Source of the DNA: Planctomycetota bacterium
GTDB taxonomy: Bacteria > Planctomycetota > UBA1135 > GCA-002686595
NCBI GenBank assembly: GCA_029259635.1
Contig: JAJDEU010000009.1
Span: forward strand, 1-64,000
Reading direction: 5' to 3'
Length of the DNA stretch: 64,000 bases
Under the pieces are notes generated by a model that saw nothing but the letters and a program-made list of their open reading frames with translations, was not told the DNA's origin and searched no databases. The stretch's first letter is position 1, and every line of letters begins with the position of its first letter. A program made the translations under genes and the position numbers. Of the stretch, positions 60,401 to 64,000 are shown piece by piece.

Positions 60401-60748
60401 TTCGAGAGCTCCAACGTCCTCGTCGAGGTGCGAGCTGCGGGGCTCACCCGCCGTCAGGCCTACTACGCCAATAATCTCGCCGTCCAAGGCATCGAGAACT
60501 ACGGACAGATCAATGTGCGAGAGGCGAGCAGCGGCAAAGCGCTACCCACCACCTACGTCAAGGTCTACGCGCGCCTCGCGAACGGCCAAATCCGTTTCCA
60601 CAAGGACGGCTACACCGACATCCGCGGCCGCTTCGACTACGTCTCCCTCTCCGGAATGGACGACGCCGAAATCGAACGCTTTGCCGTCCTCATTCTCACC
60701 CAAGACAACGGAGCCACGGTCCGCGAGTTCGCCCCTCCCTCGAATTGA
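54464..60748 (+). CDS. giant secreted protein of unknown function (2,094 aa)
   Basis: One uninterrupted ORF. Signal peptide 'MRALLLPRLVAFALALFAFSITAKGQ'. No recognisable catalytic motifs and no CxEQ thioester. Gly/Ser-rich linker 'GSGGSYGGKSGMKKGG' near aa 1040. Confidence 0.7.
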   Translation: MRALLLPRLVAFALALFAFSITAKGQGTPIGFDENFALAPDRDLALEELIPGTVEFYFYTCLHAQNEGRLADARQALRDWKAKHNEVGQYQAMEFRQALLRYEDAPRETIDFLVRELGLHFNHQQKRSGSSPNLPTSLDPNLISYETLLARSFNHGRGAIGEFQDRALAGLVGHKMSDEQLSEWIKRLQRPDLPGLAALVVRELELKKNPRFGRRGIHNRLLLSQLDECAQLRPELLDDTAFVSAYLTRLAPGADADLTLPIVRHEHLERLETFARRLSPAFNSLLAHVLYHRLHHDFERGNPNLPRFLEYLRLPRSTSYGNSDYLRGKQRTNLNQSFATGYSPIGDDEHLVRTYLQHFFNSGSSLEPFVGPLHRHWVERVFAETMILAGTGDMERWYTMLDDPSYYERLKERVELEFPATQDRRFAIDETVQLELNVKNVETLIVKVFEIDTLGFFDSQTAGTLRDIDASIDLDGLVASRELTFTYSEPALRRIRREFTFEELDHPGVWVIDFIGGGLSSRAVVRKGSLSALERSGAAGHSFQVLDGLGEPADGASIRFAGREYQPDERGVITIPYSTEPGTRQMLLRQGDFAVLSQFNHNAESYLLEAGIHIERETLLAGATADIVVRPRLSINQNPVSLALLEDVRLEITSFDLGGIATTQTVRDFELSSTNATVHSIRVPERTSHLRVSLHGEIRNLSRVEDVSLSTNATEFEINQIDKSTELYTGLMTRTPDGYMLDIRGKNGELVADHAVEAILWHRDFQMPIIAQLKSDGEGRVHLGHLKGIARLEVHEIGDASTTWYLQEPLRAGSPAAIFGATGTTLRVPYEGDRASMHPSVASLLELRGGIPAEDRSSQLSLANGFLELRGLSAGDYELTLHETDQRLPVHVTQGPRQSGWGLGAARRLELSDATPFQIESARIEGDEIVVKLANAGPTSRVHFSATRYLPGFDPHTDLALQQLRGLRERSVIRNDSLLASGREISEEYRYILERRLARIFPGNMLGRPALLLNPWTINESTDTRLGRQSGSGGSYGGKSGMKKGGVALGEELDALIYTLDSATYANLDFLPGPAQVLWNQFPGEDGVVRLPLKGLGDNHIIRIAAIDRGVTLSRTIVRPETKLVPRDRRLPASLDTDRHLTEHRRIEFIQADETVPLGDLAFSGIRTLDTLESVFRLYGALSGNADLTKFEFLVNWPDLSEEEQLASYSEFACHEVHVFLREKDREFFDRVVRPYLANKAEKTFIDHWLLENDLGQYLEPWAFERLNIVERVLLLRSLGTTAPRHVRELVELFPPDNFALSMYFESVLATGGLDASDGLASQLAKSKEEARSRLNAPSSSAPRTRSSTGVASEDLGFFAGDRQRAGEKKDVSESEMLEGLGYMSDDSDELALGRRADVRQFFRNVAATQELAESHYWHVTVQRMTANLIAPNPFWQDFAENPSDTPFVSARFPLAAGNLSEMLLALAFLDLPFEAEEHRLEDKDNLTSLHPGSALFLARKDIADATISETAPTVLVGQDFLRDDDRTILENGEQRDRFVTDEFLRRVVYVCRVVVTNPSSTPLKVDVLLQVPEGAIPVQAGFETRGVSVTLGAYASRSIEYSFYFPEAGEFRHYPVHVGRDGELLGFAPAQPIAVLINPSTVDTTSWLHVSQRGDTEAVMEFLRQTNLNQIQLNRIAWRMRDRKVFGRVIDLLRDRYAFDATLWSYGLHHRDEAVTREFLEHREDLVHRCGLALASPLLSIDPVRRRLYEHLEYDPLIHGRAHRFGNQRQILDRDVAQQYLAYMRVLSFLPTLDSDHRMEITYYLALQDRVEEALDMFETVKQDELETRIQYDYMRAYLDFYTGELDDARSIATAYAEHPVERWRARFANVLEQLDEADGGDTAGTSDPNSREQTQGVLASTEPSLEFEVEARRIKLAHANLDSCVVSYRKMDIEFLFSTNPFLKAGSSSFAFIKPNRTDTIALDRMTGENEIALPTEFESSNVLVEVRAAGLTRRQAYYANNLAVQGIENYGQINVREASSGKALPTTYVKVYARLANGQIRFHKDGYTDIRGRFDYVSLSGMDDAEIERFAVLILTQDNGATVREFAPPSN

Positions 60749-60755
60749 CTCGGAG

Positions 60756-61334
60756 TCACGCGCTTTGTCGTCCGGTCACGGCAAGGTGCGTGCGACTGCG
60801 CAACGCGATTCCGAAAGCGACAATCGGCAGTGCGAGAACCAGAGTGAGGATCAACGGCTCGGGGACGCCCAATGCGATTGATCCGGCAACCAGTTCACTC
60901 ACTTGCGGGTCTTGCCCCGCAGGGCGCCCAAATACCACGAACATCGGGATACCGACCCAGGGCAGCGAATGACAGAAGCCGTCAAAGACAAGTGCAATGC
61001 AAGCGAGTTGAGCTGTACCGAGGACACCCTTTCGCAAGGACCGGTGCCAAAGCAAGAAGGCAATTAGCCCGACTACCGCCGTCGCTCCACTCCCCGCGAC
61101 TCGGCTCCAAGCGTTGGGAATCGGTTCGAGAGCACGGGTATATAGAACATGACCGAATGACCGAGGTTCGCCGTCAAAACCAACGTCGGGATAAATGCGA
61201 ACGCCCGACACGACAACTTCTTCAATCCCGCCACCGCTAAGGAGAGCGACGAGCACGTGCCCACCTTCGTGCAGGAGCGTACCGAACAATATGATGATGC
61301 TGGCCGCGACGAGCCCGTGAACCAAGAGCCGCAT
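60756..61334 (-). CDS. small membrane metalloprotease-like protein (HExxH in a TM helix; M50/S2P-like)
   Basis: 'LHEGGHVLVALLSGG' inside a predicted TM helix. 192 aa, 4-5 TM helices. Confidence 0.4.
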   Translation of the reverse strand: MRLLVHGLVAASIIILFGTLLHEGGHVLVALLSGGGIEEVVVSGVRIYPDVGFDGEPRSFGHVLYTRALEPIPNAWSRVAGSGATAVVGLIAFLLWHRSLRKGVLGTAQLACIALVFDGFCHSLPWVGIPMFVVFGRPAGQDPQVSELVAGSIALGVPEPLILTLVLALPIVAFGIALRSRTHLAVTGRQSA

Positions 61335-61340
61335 ACCGCG

Positions 61341-62168
61341 TTACATCGAGAAGTGGTCGTCGTCCGCTTCCGGCTCGAGCGCGTGCTCGGTCAGATGCTC
61401 CGTAACGTACTTAAACGCCTCGTCGACGCTGTCGGTCTTGTAGAACAAGTCGAGGTCCTCGGCGCTCACCGTCCCCGCATCGACCATCGGCTGACAGTTC
61501 AGGATATCCTCCCAATACTTCGTGCCGTAGAGAACGAGCGCGATCTTCTTCTTGATCTTGAGCGTCTGCACCAAGGTCACGACCTCGAGGAATTCGTCGA
61601 GCGTCCCGAACCCGCCCGGCATGACAATAAAGGCCTTCGCGAGATACATGAACCAGAACTTCCGCATGAAGAAGTAATGGAACATGAACGACAATCGATT
61701 CGTGATGTACGGATTGTCGTTCTGTTCGAAGGGCAGTGAGATGTTGAGTCCGATGTTCTCGCCCTTCGCTTCGGAAGCACCTCGATTCGCCGCCTCCATA
61801 ATCCCCGGTCCTCCGCCGGAACAGATGACGAAGCGGCGGTCAGTTCCCTCGAGCGACTTCGACCAAGTCGTCAGTCGTCCCGACAACTCACGCGTCTCCT
61901 CGTAGTACTTGGACATCTCAAGGCGCTTCTCCGCGGCCTCGATGCCCTCGCCTTTCTGCTTGGCCGCTTCCAGCCCGGCCAAAGCCTCTTCACGCGACTT
62001 AATTCGCGCGGAACCGAAGACCACAATCGTGTCTTTGACCTCCAGCTCATCGAACCGGCTCCGCGGCTCCATATATTCGGAGAGGATGCGAAGCGCACGG
62101 GCATCTCGGCTCTCGAGGAATCCGGGGTTCTTGTAGGCCTTGAGAGGCACGAATCGACTATTGCTCAT
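61341..62168 (-). CDS. LOG-family protein (cytokinin riboside 5'-monophosphate phosphoribohydrolase / PpnN-like, TIGR00730)
   Basis: 'GGGPGIMEAANRGA' and 'PGGFGTLDEFLEVVTLVQT' are the LOG-family motifs. Confidence 0.8.
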   Translation of the reverse strand: MSNSRFVPLKAYKNPGFLESRDARALRILSEYMEPRSRFDELEVKDTIVVFGSARIKSREEALAGLEAAKQKGEGIEAAEKRLEMSKYYEETRELSGRLTTWSKSLEGTDRRFVICSGGGPGIMEAANRGASEAKGENIGLNISLPFEQNDNPYITNRLSFMFHYFFMRKFWFMYLAKAFIVMPGGFGTLDEFLEVVTLVQTLKIKKKIALVLYGTKYWEDILNCQPMVDAGTVSAEDLDLFYKTDSVDEAFKYVTEHLTEHALEPEADDDHFSM

Positions 62169-62228
62169 TCCCCCTTGGTATCGAGCCGGATGCGGCTATA
62201 CCAGGATCATTCTGGAGCCCGGCCAAAC

Positions 62229-64000
62229 GTGAACGAAGCACGAATCCAAATCCCGATCGACGGCATGACCTGCCAGGGTTGTGCCATGTCGATCGAGCGC
62301 GCCCTCGACGGCCTCGAAGGCGTCACCGAAGCGCGCGTCAACTATGGTTCGAAAACGGCCAACATCGCGTTCCAATCGGAGATTGTGGGCGAATGGGCGA
62401 TTAGCGAGGCCATCCGTTCCGCGGGCTATCGAGTACCGGAAGAGCTGAATTCAGCGGGCCGTTCGATCGCTCAAGACATCGAGTTTTTAGAGCGCGGGGC
62501 CGAGCGCGAACAGCGCGAGAATCGGGTTGGATTTTTTCTGTCTCTGACCTTCGGGGCCGCCGCCATCGTCAGCCACCAAAGCGGCGAAATGGGCTTCGCG
62601 CTGGCCGCGACCGCCGTCGTCGTCTTCATCGGCGGACGGCGCATCCTCGCGAGCGGAATCGGGGCGGGACGGCGCTTGTCGCCCGACATGAACACGATGG
62701 TCGCGCTCGGCCTGCTCTCCGCGTTCGGCGCCGCTCTAGCCGGCCAGTTCTGGCCGAAGGTGTTCGGCCACGGCGGCGAGGCCATGCACGCCGCCGTCAT
62801 GATCGCGGCGTTGGTTCTCCTGGGACGGGTTTTGGAGGGTCGAGCGCGAGCGCAATCGGGCGGGGCCGTGCGCGCGCTGCTCGATCTCGCACCGCCAACC
62901 GCGCGCATTCTGCGCCGGGGCGTCGAGACCGAAGTTCCTCTGGCCGAAGTCAAGCCCGGCAATCTCGTGATCGTGCGACCGGGCGAGAGCGTCGCGGTCG
63001 ATGGCGAAGTTCTCGACGGGCGAACGACGCTCGACGAGTCCATGTTGACGGGCGAGAGCGCGCCCGTCGATCGCGGCCCCGGTGACCGCGTTCATGCGGG
63101 AACGATCAATGGAACTGGGCCGCTCTCCGTGCGGGCGACAGGGATTGGAGTCGATTCGGCACTCGGTCGAATTACAGCGGCCGTTCACGCCGCGCAGGGC
63201 TCGCGCGCTCCCGTTCAAAACCTCGCCGATCGAGTCAGCGCGGTCTTCGTTCCGGTCGCCCTCGGGGTCGCGCTCGTCACTCTGTTCGCGTGGGGACTCG
63301 GCTCCGGCGACTGGGAGTTCGCGTTCGCGCGGGCCGTTGCGGTTCTCGTCGTTGCGTGCCCATGCGCACTCGGACTCGCGACGCCGACAGCCATCGTCGT
63401 CGCGACGGGACGCGGCGCTCGCGAGGGCATTCTCGTGCGCGAGGCCGCAGCGCTCGAGCGACTCGCCGACGTGGACACGATCATCTTCGACAAGACCGGC
63501 ACCCTGACGAGTGGACAGCCGGTTCTGGTTGAGACCGTGGTCACCGAGGAGTCGGCTCTGAAAGAGAAGGACCTGCTCCGGTACGCCGCTGCTGTTGAGT
63601 CGAGGAGCGAGCAGCCGCTCGCAGTTGCGATCGTGAGGGCTGCCGAGAAGTGGGGATTGTCCGCTCCAGCCGCGCAAGATGTGCAAGCGGAACCGGGGCG
63701 CGGAATCGGCGGTACCGTCGAAGGGCACCGGGTTTGGGTGGGCAGTCCGAGAGCCGCTCGCGAGAGAGGTGCGGCGGAGCGCGAGCTTGATAAGTTGCTT
63801 CGGGGGCCGGAGGAGCGCGGGCTGTCGGCGGTGCTCATGATGGTCGACGATCGACTCTCAGCGGTGTTCGGGTTGGAGGATTCGGTGCGCGAGGGTTCGG
63901 CTCGGACGATCGAGGAGATTCGTCAATTAGGTCTTCGGGTCGGGATCTATTCGGGGGATCGCGCTGCTGCGGTGTTGCGCACAGCACGCGAGCTTGGGAT
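62229..64000 (+). CDS. copA: heavy-metal (Cu+)-translocating P-type ATPase, CopA-like (3' partial)
   Basis: GTG start. HMA domain 'GMTCQGCAMSIERAL'. TM 'CPC' motif 'VACPCALGLATP'. 'FDKTGTLT' phosphorylation site. Runs off the window end. Confidence 0.8.
   Translation, partial: MNEARIQIPIDGMTCQGCAMSIERALDGLEGVTEARVNYGSKTANIAFQSEIVGEWAISEAIRSAGYRVPEELNSAGRSIAQDIEFLERGAEREQRENRVGFFLSLTFGAAAIVSHQSGEMGFALAATAVVVFIGGRRILASGIGAGRRLSPDMNTMVALGLLSAFGAALAGQFWPKVFGHGGEAMHAAVMIAALVLLGRVLEGRARAQSGGAVRALLDLAPPTARILRRGVETEVPLAEVKPGNLVIVRPGESVAVDGEVLDGRTTLDESMLTGESAPVDRGPGDRVHAGTINGTGPLSVRATGIGVDSALGRITAAVHAAQGSRAPVQNLADRVSAVFVPVALGVALVTLFAWGLGSGDWEFAFARAVAVLVVACPCALGLATPTAIVVATGRGAREGILVREAAALERLADVDTIIFDKTGTLTSGQPVLVETVVTEESALKEKDLLRYAAAVESRSEQPLAVAIVRAAEKWGLSAPAAQDVQAEPGRGIGGTVEGHRVWVGSPRAARERGAAERELDKLLRGPEERGLSAVLMMVDDRLSAVFGLEDSVREGSARTIEEIRQLGLRVGIYSGDRAAAVLRTARELG

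Noticed and set aside
62471-63838. Three minus-strand ORFs (190, 330, 207 aa)
   Set aside because: Antisense to the copA-like P-type ATPase gene, which carries unambiguous HMA, CPC and DKTGT motifs.
1-64000. CRISPR arrays, tRNA/rRNA genes, integrase/transposase/phage genes
   Set aside because: I found no regularly spaced direct repeats, no tRNA-like cloverleaf-sized conserved segments in intergenic regions and no recombinase-like ORFs. I cannot run tRNAscan or BLAST, so short ncRNAs may have been missed.

Overview
This is a high-GC (roughly 65%), densely coding bacterial chromosomal window with about 48 supportable genes on both strands. I found no rRNA, tRNA, CRISPR array or obvious transposase or integrase. 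Housekeeping genes are rpsU (S21, hidden inside a longer ORF), an RluA-family pseudouridine synthase, a DEAD-box RNA helicase with a ~550 bp leader, a RecD2-like helicase, panE, a glutamine-dependent AsnB-like amidotransferase, a LOG-family protein and a partial CopA-like P-type ATPase at the 3' end. For the hunt, the strongest candidate for a new system is a long minus-strand gene array from 33448 down to 20665. It holds a polytopic membrane protein, an LtaS/sulfatase-like enzyme, UDP-sulfoquinovose synthase (SqdB-like, strong motif match), a membrane GT2 ArnC-like glycosyltransferase, and then a TetR-controlled MMPL/HpnN-type RND exporter, a LolA-like periplasmic protein and a putative outer-membrane barrel; an AsnB-like amidotransferase (+), a divergent SAM methyltransferase pair and an N-terminal flotillin-NfeD pair lie beside it. 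This may be a sulfo-sugar glycoconjugate synthesis and export locus. Two copies of a CCTACTNGTAGG palindrome sit at the tetR and RND starts. A second system is a pair of BatA/BatB-like vWA membrane proteins converging on a translationally coupled MoxR, hypothetical 640-aa, ABC ATPase, ABC-2 permease and DUF58 operon. Other oddities are a 2,094-aa secreted protein with no recognisable domains, a signal-peptide c-type cytochrome (CxxCH ... IEYL) broken by an in-frame TGA followed 15 nt later by a small hairpin, and a 133-bp perfect palindrome built from a ~45-bp repeat that recurs 6 kb away, each copy abutting a gene stop codon. A small Cys-rich secreted peptide sits directly upstream of a TlpA-like CxxC redoxin. 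The organism is unknown; the gene content (double-TM vWA proteins, giant secreted proteins, flotillin, PSCyt-like cytochrome) is reminiscent of PVC-group or other Gram-negative environmental bacteria, but that is only a guess.
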